Positions 49,829 to 60,699 of a stretch of DNA of 64,000 nt are shown in pieces. The stretch is taken from NCBI GenBank assembly GCA_963422375.2, contig CAXXKD010000001.1, positions 128,001-192,000 of the forward strand, written 5' to 3'. The position numbers and the translations under genes are program-made. The notes below the pieces were generated by a model. That model was not told where the DNA came from and searched no databases. It saw nothing but the letters and a program-made list of their open reading frames with translations. This DNA comes from Bryobacterales bacterium. GTDB lineage: Bacteria > Acidobacteriota > Terriglobia > Bryobacterales > UBA6623. The number at the start of each line of letters is the position of its first letter. Positions within the stretch are counted from its first letter, which is position 1.

Positions 49829-52651
49829 ATGCGACGAGTCAGTCTTTTCCCGTGGGCCCTGCTGGCCCTCGGCTGCCAGTTTCAAGATCCCCTCTTGGTG
49901 GGGCCGTATCGCGTTCCGCGGGGCTTCGCGGTGGAGGCCGTTGCGGACGCGGCCAAGGTCGGCTCGCTCATCCAAGTCACCTTCGACGCGCAGGGCAGGC
50001 CGGTCGTCGCCAAGGAACGCAGCCATCCAGTCCGCCTGCTGGACCTCGACGGCGATGGGTTCTTCGAGTCCGAGCAGGTCGTCAGCGACCGGGTTGAGAA
50101 CTGCCAGGGGATCTTCTTCGACGGAACCACGCTCTACGCGAACTGCACCAACCCCGACAACCGCGAGGCCTGTCTCTTCCGACTCTCGGACGAGGACGGG
50201 GACGGAGTCGCGGATTCCCGCGAGGTCGTCGTACAGTACACGGGACGCATCGGGGAGCACGGCCCTCACGACATCCGCCGGGCGCCAGACGGCTCGCTGA
50301 CAGTCCTAGTCGGAAATCACACCTTCGTGCCGTCCGAGCGCATCGCGGCCGAGTCGCCGCTGCGCGGCTACAAGGAGTCGCAGCTGCTGGACCGCTACAT
50401 GGATGCCCGCGGGCACGCCGTGGGGCGCATGGCCCCCGGGGGCGCCCTGTTCCGGATCGAGGGCGGCGGCGAGATGTTCTCGCTCCGGTTCGGCGGGTTC
50501 CGCAACCCCTACAACCACGCATACAACGCGGACGGCGAGGCCTTCACGTTCGACTCGGATATGGAGTGGGACATCAACCTCCCGTGGTACCGCGAGGTGC
50601 GCTCCGTGCATGGCGTTCCCTCCGCGGACTTCGGCTGGCGGACGGGCTCGGGCAAGTTTCCCGCCTACTACATCGACTCTCTCCCGCCGGTCGACGACCT
50701 GGGACGCGGCTCTCCGGTGGGCGTGGACTTCTATCACAGCTACGCCTACCCGGCGGAGTACTTTGACGCATTCCTGCAGGGCGACTGGTCCCGCGGGCGT
50801 GTCGTCCTGTCTAAGTTCCGCAGGTCAGGCGCGACCTACGAACTGGCCGAGCCCGCCACCGACTTCATCTACGGCGAGCCCCTCAATGTGACCGACTTGG
50901 AGGTAGGCCCGGACGGCTTGGTCTACTTCACCACCGGAGGGCGCAATACCCAAGGCGGCTTCTACCGCGTGCGCTATGAGGGCTACCGCGCCAACTCGGG
51001 CCGCCGTCCGGAGACTGGCGTCCTCTCCGTGGTGCGCCAGCCGCAGCCGCTGTCCGCGTTCAGCCACGCTTATTTTCAGGCGCGCAAGCGGGAGATGGGC
51101 GACGCGTGGGGAGCGGAGCTCCAGGCGCTGGTCCGGGACGAGACAGCTGAGTCGGCTGACCGGATTCGGGCGCTGCACCTTCTGCAGCGCTACGCCCCCA
51201 AGCCTGACGCTCCCCTGATCCGGTCGGCGTTCGAGAGCGCCGACGCGACATTGCGGGCGGCCGCGGTCTACGTGGTCGGCCAGCATGGCAGCGACCGAGC
51301 CAAGGCGATCGCCGCCGAGGCGCTCGAGGACAGCGACCCCTTCGTGAAGAGGCGCGCTGCCGAGGCCCTGCTGCGCATGGGCGACCCGGCGTTCGGCGGG
51401 ATCCCGGATCTGCACGCCCTGCTCGGCGACGGTGATCGTTTCGTGCGCTGGGCGGGCCGCGTCGCGCTGGAGGCGACGCCTACGGAGGCGTGGAAGGGTT
51501 TGGTCGTCGAAGACCGGGATCCGATGTCGTCGGCTACGGGGATGCTCGCTTTGGTCCGCACGGCTGAGAGGGCCATCGACCTTGAACCGGTCTTCGAGAA
51601 GACTTTGTCACTGCTTCGACGCGAGGGCGTCGCCGCCGAGGCCGAGCTGGCCCTGCTGCGCGTCTTCCACCTCGCCTGCTTGGAAGTCGCCGACGGCTGC
51701 CGCGAGAGCCTGCGCGAGCAACTGTACGACATCGTGGCTCCTCGCTTCCCGTCGGCGGACGAGCGGCTGAACCGCGAGTATGCCCTTACGATGGCCTACG
51801 CCGCACGCCCGGAGGCTATTGCCAAGCTGCTCGCCCAGATCCCTTCCGGGGACGAAAGCCAGCAGTTGCAGATCCATTACGTCTACGCGCTGCGGGAGAT
51901 CCAGGACGGCTGGACGCCCGAGCAGAAGCGGCAGCTCGTGGCATGGTTCCAGAAGGCGAAGGAATGGCGCGGCGGTGCCAGCTTCGTCGGCTTCGTCAAC
52001 CGGCTCTTCGAGTCCTGCCTCGAGTTCTTCGACCCGGGCGAGACGCAACAGGCCTACGCGGTTATCCCGGAATTCGCCCCGGTCGAGGACGAGAGGCTTC
52101 TGGTATCCCTGCGCCGCGGCACGGGCCACGTCCAGCCCAACGTGTTCGCCCGCAAGCGAGGCACGAACCTCTACAGCGAGCAGGAGATCTTCGAGTACAT
52201 GATGTACGACCCGATGACGACGATGGCCACCCGCGAGCAAGGCCTCCGAGTCTTTGAAGAGGCCTGCGCCAAGTGCCATCGCTTCGGCGACCTCGGCAAG
52301 GACTACGGCCCCGATCTGACGACGGTGGCGAATCGCTTCTCGCGGCGCGACCTGCTGGAAGCCACCCTGTGGCCGTCGAGGACGATCTCCGACCAGTACC
52401 GTTCGTGGCGGATCGAGACTAGGGACGACGTCTATTCGGCCATGATCCTGGAAGAGGACGAGCTGTCCGTCACAGTGTTCATCCCGGACCTGGAGCGCCC
52501 CGTCGCGATCGCCCGGGAGAGTATCGTCGACCTGCGCGAGTCCGAAGTCTCGATCATGCCCGAGGGCCTGCTGGACCAGTTCGAAATGCGCGAAACGGCC
52601 GGCCTGTTCCGCCTCCTGCAAGAGGCCGTCTCGGAGGGAGCCGGCGACTGA
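49829..52651 (+). CDS. PVC-type heme-binding CxxCH lipoprotein (sugar-dehydrogenase-like propeller + HEAT repeats + cytochrome c)
   Basis: Lipobox LALGC, GEHGPH, GFRNPY, FTFDSDMEWD, CAKCH, GPDLT and SIMPEGL motifs. Confidence 0.88.
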   Translation: MRRVSLFPWALLALGCQFQDPLLVGPYRVPRGFAVEAVADAAKVGSLIQVTFDAQGRPVVAKERSHPVRLLDLDGDGFFESEQVVSDRVENCQGIFFDGTTLYANCTNPDNREACLFRLSDEDGDGVADSREVVVQYTGRIGEHGPHDIRRAPDGSLTVLVGNHTFVPSERIAAESPLRGYKESQLLDRYMDARGHAVGRMAPGGALFRIEGGGEMFSLRFGGFRNPYNHAYNADGEAFTFDSDMEWDINLPWYREVRSVHGVPSADFGWRTGSGKFPAYYIDSLPPVDDLGRGSPVGVDFYHSYAYPAEYFDAFLQGDWSRGRVVLSKFRRSGATYELAEPATDFIYGEPLNVTDLEVGPDGLVYFTTGGRNTQGGFYRVRYEGYRANSGRRPETGVLSVVRQPQPLSAFSHAYFQARKREMGDAWGAELQALVRDETAESADRIRALHLLQRYAPKPDAPLIRSAFESADATLRAAAVYVVGQHGSDRAKAIAAEALEDSDPFVKRRAAEALLRMGDPAFGGIPDLHALLGDGDRFVRWAGRVALEATPTEAWKGLVVEDRDPMSSATGMLALVRTAERAIDLEPVFEKTLSLLRREGVAAEAELALLRVFHLACLEVADGCRESLREQLYDIVAPRFPSADERLNREYALTMAYAARPEAIAKLLAQIPSGDESQQLQIHYVYALREIQDGWTPEQKRQLVAWFQKAKEWRGGASFVGFVNRLFESCLEFFDPGETQQAYAVIPEFAPVEDERLLVSLRRGTGHVQPNVFARKRGTNLYSEQEIFEYMMYDPMTTMATREQGLRVFEEACAKCHRFGDLGKDYGPDLTTVANRFSRRDLLEATLWPSRTISDQYRSWRIETRDDVYSAMILEEDELSVTVFIPDLERPVAIARESIVDLRESEVSIMPEGLLDQFEMRETAGLFRLLQEAVSEGAGD

Positions 52652-52759
52652 CGCCGGATGTTTCGCCGTCAGCCGGAACCCTAGTCGGGCAGGGGTGCCG
52701 AATCGCTCGACTATAATTGACCAATGGCGTCGCGCACCGCGGGGCGGCTCTGAGCCAAG

Positions 52760-53194
52760 ATGCGCAGCTTGATCGTAATTCTGGGCGCGGTCGCGAGTCT
52801 CGGCCTGGGACTTTTCTGGGCGGGCCTAGGGATTCTGGGGTGGATTCAGGGCGGCGAGATGCACGTACCGCTGCTGCCGACCGAGCCGGACAGCGCTGCC
52901 ACCGGCTTGTTCGTGGCGGGATTCTACGCGACCTTGGCCGCGCTCCTGTCTCTTCGCAGAAGTCGCGTGGGACGGTTCCTGCTGCTGCTCTTGTCGCTGG
53001 GTCTTGTCGTGGTGCTAGGCTACGCCGTGTTCAGCGCTACCTACCGGTTCGACGGGCTCGGCGGGTTCGGACGCCACCTGCTGCTCCTACTGGGTTCGCT
53101 TGTCCTGCTCTGGTCGACCTGGCTGGGCTTCCGCAGTCCGGGCGGCCGCGACGACCTCTCGCACGTCGTGCGGCCAGGGGCCGCTCGCAACTGA
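52760..53194 (+). CDS. Hypothetical four-TM membrane protein
   Basis: Four hydrophobic helices; TATAAT upstream at about 52712. Confidence 0.7.
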   Translation: MRSLIVILGAVASLGLGLFWAGLGILGWIQGGEMHVPLLPTEPDSAATGLFVAGFYATLAALLSLRRSRVGRFLLLLLSLGLVVVLGYAVFSATYRFDGLGGFGRHLLLLLGSLVLLWSTWLGFRSPGGRDDLSHVVRPGAARN

Positions 53195-53272
53195 CCCGGC
53201 GCGAGGCTCTCGGGCCCTAGCCCGGTCCCGTCGCGCGGTCGGCGGGCGAACGGGTAGCCGCTTTGTCCCATA

Positions 53273-54454
53273 ATGGCGAGGGGGGCGATCGCGATGGACG
53301 TATTCGATCAAGTGCGGGAGGCATTGTCCTCCGGGGACGTCGATGCCGCGTTCGACCTTGTCATCCAGCGGTTCCGCGAGGAGCGCTCCTATCCCCTGAT
53401 CTTCGAGGCGCGCCTGATGCGGAAGCGGCACGAACTGGGCATGCCGCTCATCCAGACGGAGCCGTGGCGGAATCTCGATGCGGATGTCCAGGCGGAATAC
53501 GAGCAGGCCACCGTTGATGCGGCCCGCGAAGTGGGCACTCTCTTCCTGGACGACGGGCAGGTCGGGCGGGCCTGGCCCTACTTCCGGGCTCTCGGGGACA
53601 AGGAGCAGGTCCGGGCGGCGATCGAGTCCTGCACCGAGTCCGAGGCCGGCGAGGCCTTGGACGGCGTCATCGAGGTCGCCTACCACGAGCAGGTCCACCC
53701 GAGGAAGGGATTCGAGCTCATCCTCAAGCATTACGGCACCTGCCGTGCGATCACGAACTTCTCCCAGTACCCTGTCGATGAGGGGCGGGCGGACTGCGCG
53801 CACCTGCTGGCGCGGCAAGTCCATTCCGAGCTCCTGTCCAACGTCAAGTACGCCGTCAAGCAGAGGGAAGGGGCCGAGCCGGCCGGCGATGACTTGGCGG
53901 CGGTCGTGCGCGATCGGGAATGGCTGTTCGAGGGCAATGCCTACTACCTAGACACGTCCCACGTGTCGTCGCTCGTCCAGATGGCCCCGTCGATTGAGCG
54001 CAAGGAGACGCTGGAGCTGCTGCTCGGCATGGCTGAGTACGGTCGGCGGCTCGGCGAGATGTACCAGTTTCCCGGCAACCCACCCTTCGAGAACGTTTTC
54101 GAGGATTTCGGCGCGTACATCCGCGCGGCGACCGGAATCGACGTCGAGGGCGGCCTAGCCCACTTCAGGCGCAAGGTCGAGACGTGCGACCGGAACGTCG
54201 CTGGCACCACCCCGGCGCAGGTGCTGGTCAACCTGCTGGTTCGAGTCGGCCGGCCCACGGAGGCCGCGGACGTGGCAGTGGAGCATCTCTCCGAGGCGGA
54301 CCCGCAGTACCTGACCTGCCCGAACGCCCTGCAGCTTTGCCAGATGGCCGGAGACTACGGCCGCCTGGCGGACGTCTCGCGCGAGCGTCGCGACCTGCTG
54401 AGTTTCGCCGCTGCTACGATGCAAGCCGCCGGCGTACAGCCCGTCGCTGCCTGA
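53273..54454 (+). CDS. Hypothetical all-helical protein
   Basis: 393-aa ORF with host-like codon usage; no family recognised. Confidence 0.8.
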   Translation: MARGAIAMDVFDQVREALSSGDVDAAFDLVIQRFREERSYPLIFEARLMRKRHELGMPLIQTEPWRNLDADVQAEYEQATVDAAREVGTLFLDDGQVGRAWPYFRALGDKEQVRAAIESCTESEAGEALDGVIEVAYHEQVHPRKGFELILKHYGTCRAITNFSQYPVDEGRADCAHLLARQVHSELLSNVKYAVKQREGAEPAGDDLAAVVRDREWLFEGNAYYLDTSHVSSLVQMAPSIERKETLELLLGMAEYGRRLGEMYQFPGNPPFENVFEDFGAYIRAATGIDVEGGLAHFRRKVETCDRNVAGTTPAQVLVNLLVRVGRPTEAADVAVEHLSEADPQYLTCPNALQLCQMAGDYGRLADVSRERRDLLSFAAATMQAAGVQPVAA

Positions 54455-54475
54455 TGGCTCAAGTACGATAGAGCC

Positions 54476-55909
54476 GTGCTACCGGAATCCGCCCTGAGGG
54501 CTCTGCAGCAGGCTGTCGGCCGCCGGGCCGTCTTGCACCGAGACCAGGACCTGCTGCTGTACGAGTACGACGGAAGCATCGACAAGGGGCGCCCCGAATG
54601 CGTGGTGTTCCCGCGGCGCACCGAGGACGTCGTCGAGATCGTCCGCATCGCTGCCGACCATTCGCTCCCGCTGGTCGGGCGGGGGGCCGGAACCGGTCTC
54701 AGCGGCGGGGTGATTCCCCAGCGCGGCGGGATCATGATCGGATTCTCGCGCATGAACAGGATTCTCGAGATCGACCTCGAGAACGAGTGCGCCGTGGTCC
54801 AGCCCGGGGTTGTCAACTTGGACATCACCCGCGCCGTGGAGGGGCGCGGCTACTACTACGCCCCGGACCCGTCGTCGCAGAAGGCCTGCACGATCGGCGG
54901 CAACGTGGCCGAGAACGCCGGCGGGCCTCACACGCTGATCTACGGGGTGACCACCAATCACGTGCTCGGCATCGAGGCGGTCCTGCCGGACGGCACCGTG
55001 CTGGTCGCGGGAGGCAAGGAGCAGGATCTGCCAGGCTACGACCTGCGCGGCCTGCTGACCGGCTCCGAGGGCACCATGGCCTTGATAACGAAGGTCATCG
55101 TGCGACTCATGCGGGCTCCCGAGTCGGTCGAGACGCTGCTGGCCATCTACGAGCGCGCGGAGGACGGCGCGTCCACGGTGGGCGAGCTTACGGCCCGGGC
55201 GATCACGCCCGCGGCCGTGGAGATGCTCGACGGCGTGATGCTCCGCATGGTCGAGGAGGCGACCCACGCCGGCTTTCCGATGGACGCCGAGGCCGTGCTG
55301 CTGATCGAGCTCGAGGGCGTGCGCGAGTCCGTGGCGGAGCAGCTCGAGCAGGTGCAGTCGGTCTGCATGGGGTGCCGTGCGCGCGAGGTGCGCGTCGCGC
55401 GCAACGCCGCCGAGCGCGCCCTGTTGTGGAAGGGCCGCAAGAACGCCTTCGGGGCCGTCGGCCGGGTCAGCCCGACGTATTACGTGCAGGACGGAGTCGT
55501 GCCGCGCACGCGCATCGCGGACACGCTGCGGCACATCTACAGCGTGTCGGAGAAGTATGGACTCACGATCAGCAACATCTTCCACGCCGGCGACGGCAAC
55601 ATGCATCCGATCATCCTGTTCGATCCGCGCAGCCGGGACGAGACGCGGCGCACGCGGCAGGCCGGGGAGGACATCCTCCGGTACTGCATCGAAGCGGGCG
55701 GCGCCATCACCGGCGAGCACGGCGTGGGCATGGAGAAGAACGAGCTGATGCCTCTGCTGTTCGCGGAGGACAGCTTGGAGCAGATGGAGCGCCTGATGCG
55801 GATCTTCAATCCGGACGGGCGACTGAACCCGGGCAAGATCCTGCCGACGGGCAAGGGCTGCCTCGAGATCCGCCCGCCGCCGGCGGCGCACAAGGCCGCG
55901 GTTTGGTAG
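54476..55909 (+). CDS. glcD: FAD-linked oxidase, glycolate oxidase GlcD-like
   Basis: RGAGTGLSGG, YAPDPSSQ.ACTIGGNVAENAGG, HAGDGNMHP and GEHGVG motifs. Confidence 0.88.
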   Translation: MLPESALRALQQAVGRRAVLHRDQDLLLYEYDGSIDKGRPECVVFPRRTEDVVEIVRIAADHSLPLVGRGAGTGLSGGVIPQRGGIMIGFSRMNRILEIDLENECAVVQPGVVNLDITRAVEGRGYYYAPDPSSQKACTIGGNVAENAGGPHTLIYGVTTNHVLGIEAVLPDGTVLVAGGKEQDLPGYDLRGLLTGSEGTMALITKVIVRLMRAPESVETLLAIYERAEDGASTVGELTARAITPAAVEMLDGVMLRMVEEATHAGFPMDAEAVLLIELEGVRESVAEQLEQVQSVCMGCRAREVRVARNAAERALLWKGRKNAFGAVGRVSPTYYVQDGVVPRTRIADTLRHIYSVSEKYGLTISNIFHAGDGNMHPIILFDPRSRDETRRTRQAGEDILRYCIEAGGAITGEHGVGMEKNELMPLLFAEDSLEQMERLMRIFNPDGRLNPGKILPTGKGCLEIRPPPAAHKAAVW

Positions 55910-55962
55910 CCGGCGGCCCCGCCGGACGGGCGACCGCCTCTGTTTGATAGCATCCCATCGTC

Positions 55963-57585
55963 ATGCGCTGCGCTGCCGCTCTCGTCTTGCTCGCGTTGGG
56001 ATGTGCGCACCGTGGCGCGCAGGAAGTCGCCTTCGATCCGGCCGCGCTGGCCGCGCACGTCCGCTTCCTGTCCCACGACCTTCTGGAGGGCCGTGGACTC
56101 GGCGGGCGTGGGGAAGAGCTGACCGCCGAGTATCTCGCGGCGCAGCTCGCGATCGCGGGTGCCGAGCCCGCCGCGGAAGACGGCACGTACTTCCAGAGCG
56201 TGCCGCTCGTGGAGGTCGCGCTGCAGGAGGGCTCGTTCCTGCGCCTCGCCGGCCGCGACACGGCCTGGCTCGAGGAATTCGTGGGCAGCAACGAGCGCCA
56301 GACCGGGCGCGAGGTCTTCGACGCGGAGCTCGTGTACGTCGGACGTGGAATCGCCGCTCCCGAGTTCCACTGGGACGATTACAAGGGTGCCGACGTCGAC
56401 GGCAAGATCGTCGTGCTGTTCACCAATGAGCCGCCCTCGGACGACGCGGCCTTCTTCGGGGGCCGTGCCCTGACCTACTACGGCCGCTGGACCTTCAAGT
56501 TCGAGGAGGCCGCCCGCCGGGGGGCCTTGGGAGCGCTGATCGTCCACACGGATGCGACGGCGGGCTACCCGTGGCAGGTGGTCCGGAATTCGTGGAGCGG
56601 GGGCCAGTCGTACGTCGAGGTCGCGGAGGGCGAGCCGAAGCTCGCCTTCGCCGGCTGGGTGACATCGGAAGCTGCCGAGCGCCTGTTCGAAGCATCGGCG
56701 GCGACGCGGGGCAGCGGGCTCGCGGACTTGCTGGCCCGGGCGAACGAGAGAGACTTCGCGCCGATTCCGCTCGGCGTCCGCGCCCGGGCGGACATCCGCA
56801 GCTCGATCGTGCCGCTCGAGACCCGCAACGTGCTCGCTCGCTTTGAGGGCAGCGACCCGGAACGCCGGGACGAAGCCGTCCTGTACACCGCCCACTGGGA
56901 CCACATCGGCATGCGCGCCCCCGAGCCCGGCGAGGACGGGATCTACAACGGTGCGGTGGACAACGCCACCGGCTGCGCGGTTCTGCTGGAACTGGCTTGG
57001 GCCTTCGGTGCGCTTCCCGTGCGGCCGGCCCGCACGGTCCTGTTCGCTTTCGTCGGCGCCGAGGAGAGCGGCCTGCTGGGCTCGGCCTACTACTCGGCCC
57101 ATCCCGCGGTACCCGCCGGGCGAACGGCGGTGAACCTGAACTACGACGCGCTGTATCCCTACGGAGCCACGAGCGACATCTCGATCCCGGGCCACGAGCG
57201 GACGACGCTCCGGGGCGCGGTGGAGACGCTAGCGGCGGAGTTCGAGCTGAGCCTGACGCCCGACGCCCACCCGGAACAGGGCTACTACTACCGCTCGGAC
57301 CAGTTCAGCCTCGCCAAGCACGGCGTACCTGCATTCTCGCTCAAGTCCGGCACGCAGTATCTCAACCGGCCGGAGGGATGGGGCGAGCAGCGATTGGGGG
57401 AGTACCGGGAACGCCACTATCACCAGCCGTCCGACGAATATCATGCCGATTGGGACTTCGCGGGCATCGCGGACCTAGCCCGGTTCGGTTTCGAGCTGGG
57501 CCGGGCGGTCGCCGACCAGCCAGGCCTGCCGACTTGGAACGAGGGGGACGAGTTCCTCGCCGCGCGCGAGCGCTCCTGGCGGTAG
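55963..57585 (+). CDS. M28 family peptidase (lipoprotein, PA domain)
   Basis: LALGC lipobox, TAHWDHIG, NGAVDNATG, AEESGLLGS, RSDQFS and YHQPSD motifs. Confidence 0.92.
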   Translation: MRCAAALVLLALGCAHRGAQEVAFDPAALAAHVRFLSHDLLEGRGLGGRGEELTAEYLAAQLAIAGAEPAAEDGTYFQSVPLVEVALQEGSFLRLAGRDTAWLEEFVGSNERQTGREVFDAELVYVGRGIAAPEFHWDDYKGADVDGKIVVLFTNEPPSDDAAFFGGRALTYYGRWTFKFEEAARRGALGALIVHTDATAGYPWQVVRNSWSGGQSYVEVAEGEPKLAFAGWVTSEAAERLFEASAATRGSGLADLLARANERDFAPIPLGVRARADIRSSIVPLETRNVLARFEGSDPERRDEAVLYTAHWDHIGMRAPEPGEDGIYNGAVDNATGCAVLLELAWAFGALPVRPARTVLFAFVGAEESGLLGSAYYSAHPAVPAGRTAVNLNYDALYPYGATSDISIPGHERTTLRGAVETLAAEFELSLTPDAHPEQGYYYRSDQFSLAKHGVPAFSLKSGTQYLNRPEGWGEQRLGEYRERHYHQPSDEYHADWDFAGIADLARFGFELGRAVADQPGLPTWNEGDEFLAARERSWR

Positions 57586-57699
57586 GGCCGCGCCTCCCGA
57601 CGGTTGCGCGGTTGCGGGCGGGCGATCCGATATAATCGCTAAGGCGCAGCCCGGTCGGACGGCATGCGCGTTTCTAGTCGCAGGACCCGGAGGAAGGGA

Positions 57700-58128
57700 A
57701 TGAGAACTGTTTTGGTTGCTGTTGCCTTGGCGTCGGTGGTGACGGTCGCCGCCGTAGCGGACAATCACGAAGGACACGCCTACAAGAAGGCCGCTTCCGT
57801 TCACGACCTCATGGAGTACATGGTCAAGCCCGCCATGGACAAGGTCAAGGCATTCCGCGAGAGCGGAGGACCGTCTGGCACGGACGAGTGGAAGAAAGCG
57901 CACGGCGCCATCTCGATGGTGAACGAGGCATCGCAGCTCGTGCTGATGGACGGCCGCGTCAAGGACGACGCTTGGAGCGAGGGGGCGGCCCAAGTCATCG
58001 CCGCCTCACGCGACGCCATGCTGGGCGCCTACCGCATGGACGCCATGGGCTACGACGCGGCCCTCAAGGCCATGTCGGGCGGCTGCAAGACCTGCCACGA
58101 CGTTCACAAGAAGGACCAAGACAAATAG
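57700..58128 (+). CDS. Periplasmic cytochrome c, class II (c'-like)
   Basis: Signal peptide, helical bundle, C-terminal CKTCH; GGAGGAAGG RBS. Confidence 0.8.
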   Translation: MRTVLVAVALASVVTVAAVADNHEGHAYKKAASVHDLMEYMVKPAMDKVKAFRESGGPSGTDEWKKAHGAISMVNEASQLVLMDGRVKDDAWSEGAAQVIAASRDAMLGAYRMDAMGYDAALKAMSGGCKTCHDVHKKDQDK

Positions 58129-58324
58129 CTCCGCCCCCGGATCTGCGACCCCTGCACCGATTCAGGCGGCGACCTCCCCTGAATCCTCCTGCGGGACCGA
58201 GCGCGACATAGGTCGCGCGCAATGGCGCTAGGGCATACAATACAATGTCGGCGACCTCCTGCTACGGAAATCGCCGGCCTGACGGAGTGCCCGTGGCGGC
58301 CCGTGGCCGCCACGGGCAGTCGCG

Positions 58325-58582
58325 CTACTCGTAGTAGGCTGCGTTGCGATCGATGAACTCGTCCCACTCCTCGGGAAGATCCTCTTCCGCGAAGATCGCC
58401 GAAACGGGGCAGACAGGCACGCACGCGCCGCAGTCGATGCACTCCTCCGGGTCGATGTAGAGCATCTCTTCCGTCTCGAAGTCGTCTTCGTCCGACTTAG
58501 GGTGGATGCAGTCCACCGGGCAGGCGTCCACGCAAGCGGTGTCCTTCGTGCCGATGCACGGCTCCGCGATGATGTAGGCCAT
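58325..58582 (-). CDS. Dicluster ferredoxin
   Basis: CIGTKDTACVDACPVDCI and CIDCGACVPVCP motifs. Confidence 0.95.
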   Translation of the reverse strand: MAYIIAEPCIGTKDTACVDACPVDCIHPKSDEDDFETEEMLYIDPEECIDCGACVPVCPVSAIFAEEDLPEEWDEFIDRNAAYYE

Positions 58583-58748
58583 GGTCTAGAACCTCTCTCC
58601 TGAACTGACTCGAACTACGCTCTCGCCGACCTGTCCGCCGCTTCGCCTATCAGGACCGACGGCCTGCCGAGAAACCGATTCTAGCACAGTGCCCGCCGGG
58701 CGGAATGCGTCCGAGCCTCGACCTAGCCCGAGCGTATCATGATGCGTA

Positions 58749-59090
58749 ATGACGATGAAGCGATGGATCACGATCCTCGCCGCGAGCTTGCTGATGGTGC
58801 CTCTCTTGGCTCAGACGGGCGGACGAGGGCGAGGCGGGCGCAATCCGCCGTTCGGGGCGGCTCCGCAGGATCGCCTGCCGGACGGACGCTCAAGGACGCT
58901 CATGATCCTCAAGAAGGATGTCGAGCGGTCCACCGAGGATATGGCCAAGGTCATCGAGCTGGCCACCGAACTGCAAGGCGAGATCGAGAAGAATGAGTTC
59001 CACACGGTCGATCTGGGCAGCGTCCGCAAGGCCGAGGAGATCATTAAGCTCGTCCGGCGCGTCAAGTCGCGCATGAGCCGGTCGCAGTAG
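58749..59090 (+). CDS. Hypothetical exported helical protein
   Basis: Signal peptide followed by a charged helical domain. Confidence 0.7.
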   Translation: MTMKRWITILAASLLMVPLLAQTGGRGRGGRNPPFGAAPQDRLPDGRSRTLMILKKDVERSTEDMAKVIELATELQGEIEKNEFHTVDLGSVRKAEEIIKLVRRVKSRMSRSQ

Positions 59091-59139
59091 GTCGCCGCGA
59101 CCGGCTTGGGCGGGGCGGCAGCGCGGGCATTTTCGAGAG

Positions 59140-60699
59140 ATGCGAACCACCGGTTCGGGTATTCCGGCGGTCGTGGTCATGCTGGCATGGAGATACTCCG
59201 AGCCGCCTTCGTTTCGCACCGAACCGTCGCTGGTCGCTATTCCGAACCCTGCGGCGCCGCTGGCAGCCGCGCTGTCGTTCTGTCCCGCCCTGATCGATGT
59301 CGCCGACGGCGTGCATATGTGGCGCTTGGAATACGGCCCCGAATTCGATTCGTCGGAAGTAGAGCTTGCGGTCGTCGGCACCCGGTCCGACACGCGCCAC
59401 GAGATCAGCGTCGACCTCCGCTCCGGCCGGGGGTGCCGAGGTCGCGCATCCCGACGCCTTTGTGTTCCGCACGCCTCTCCTGCCGGAGGTCGCGATCGAG
59501 TTCCCGAAGATCCGCGTCCATCTCAGCGCGCCGGACGAGATCGAACCGGGGGTGACGGTTTTCAACCCACGACGACGTCAGATGGGCTCTGGCCGGGACG
59601 CGTCTGAGTTCAACGCCGGGTTCGGCATGCTGGCGGTCTTGGACCATGCCGGCTAGGTCGTGGCGTACCGCCGGATCGATTCCCGCATCAGCGATTTCGA
59701 GAAGGCTTGCAACGGCAACCTGCTGTTCGTCACGGCTGACTTTCGCCGGGTCGAGATGGACTGCCTCGGCAAGACGGCCTGCCGGTGGTATGCTGCCGGC
59801 CGTCCGCATGGGCCCGCCGACAGCATCGCCATGGACACTCTCACCCTCCATCACGAGATTGACGAGATGCCGAACGGGACCTTATTCGCGCTGAGCTCCG
59901 AGTGGCGGGAAGTCGATGACTACTACCCAGACGAATATGACGAAGCCCCACCTCCCATGCGGCAGAGGGTCATGGGTGACGTAATCGTCGATTTCGGGCG
60001 CGAAACTGGGAAGGTTGCGTGGGGGTGGAAGGCGTTCGATCCCACGGACCCGCACCGTAGCACGTACGAGACGCTCTCGGATTATTGGATCCGCGGCGGA
60101 TTCCCGCTACCAACCGGCGGCCGTCAAGATTGACCGCGAGACCTGGCTAGTCGAGTGGATCTTCGGCGAGCCGAGCGGGTGGGGCGACCTCTACGAGAAC
60201 ATCCTGAGGACTGACGGCGATGTCCAGTGGCCCTACTACCTGCGCTCACCCGAGTCGACGCCGCACGGCACTCTAATGATCTTCGACAACGGGAACTACC
60301 AGGCGCGCCCGTTCACAAAGCCCGCCGATGTTGTCGACACCTAACTCGCAGGCCGTCGAGTTCTCCATCGACGAAGACAGCATGACTGCCCGCCAGCGTC
60401 GGCAGTCCGAGACCATGGGACCCGACTGGGTCGTCGCGATTGCGATGGGCGACGTTGGCTGGCTGCCCCATACTGAGAACGTCCTCGCGGCCTACGGAGC
60501 CTTGCTGGATCCCGCTTCGATCGGCAGCGCGCGGTGGCAGTCGAGCTCCCGCTTAGAGTTCAGCCAGCGGACTCGCCCGCGCGAGTTCATGCGCAGCGAC
60601 CCGCCCGAGGTTGTCTACGAGGTTGCGCTTCAAGGCGATGGATCGGACTTGGGATGGTCACTGAATGGAGTGGGGCGGATTGATTGCATCGGTCCATAG
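59140..60699 (+). pseudogene. Decayed arylsulfate sulfotransferase (ASST-like)
   Basis: Fragments across frames: NPAAPLAA, FPKIRV, NGNLLF, LHHEIDEMPNG, WIFGEPSGW, IFDNGNYQARPF, AVEFSIDE, MGDVGWLP; several stops and frameshifts. Confidence 0.75.
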
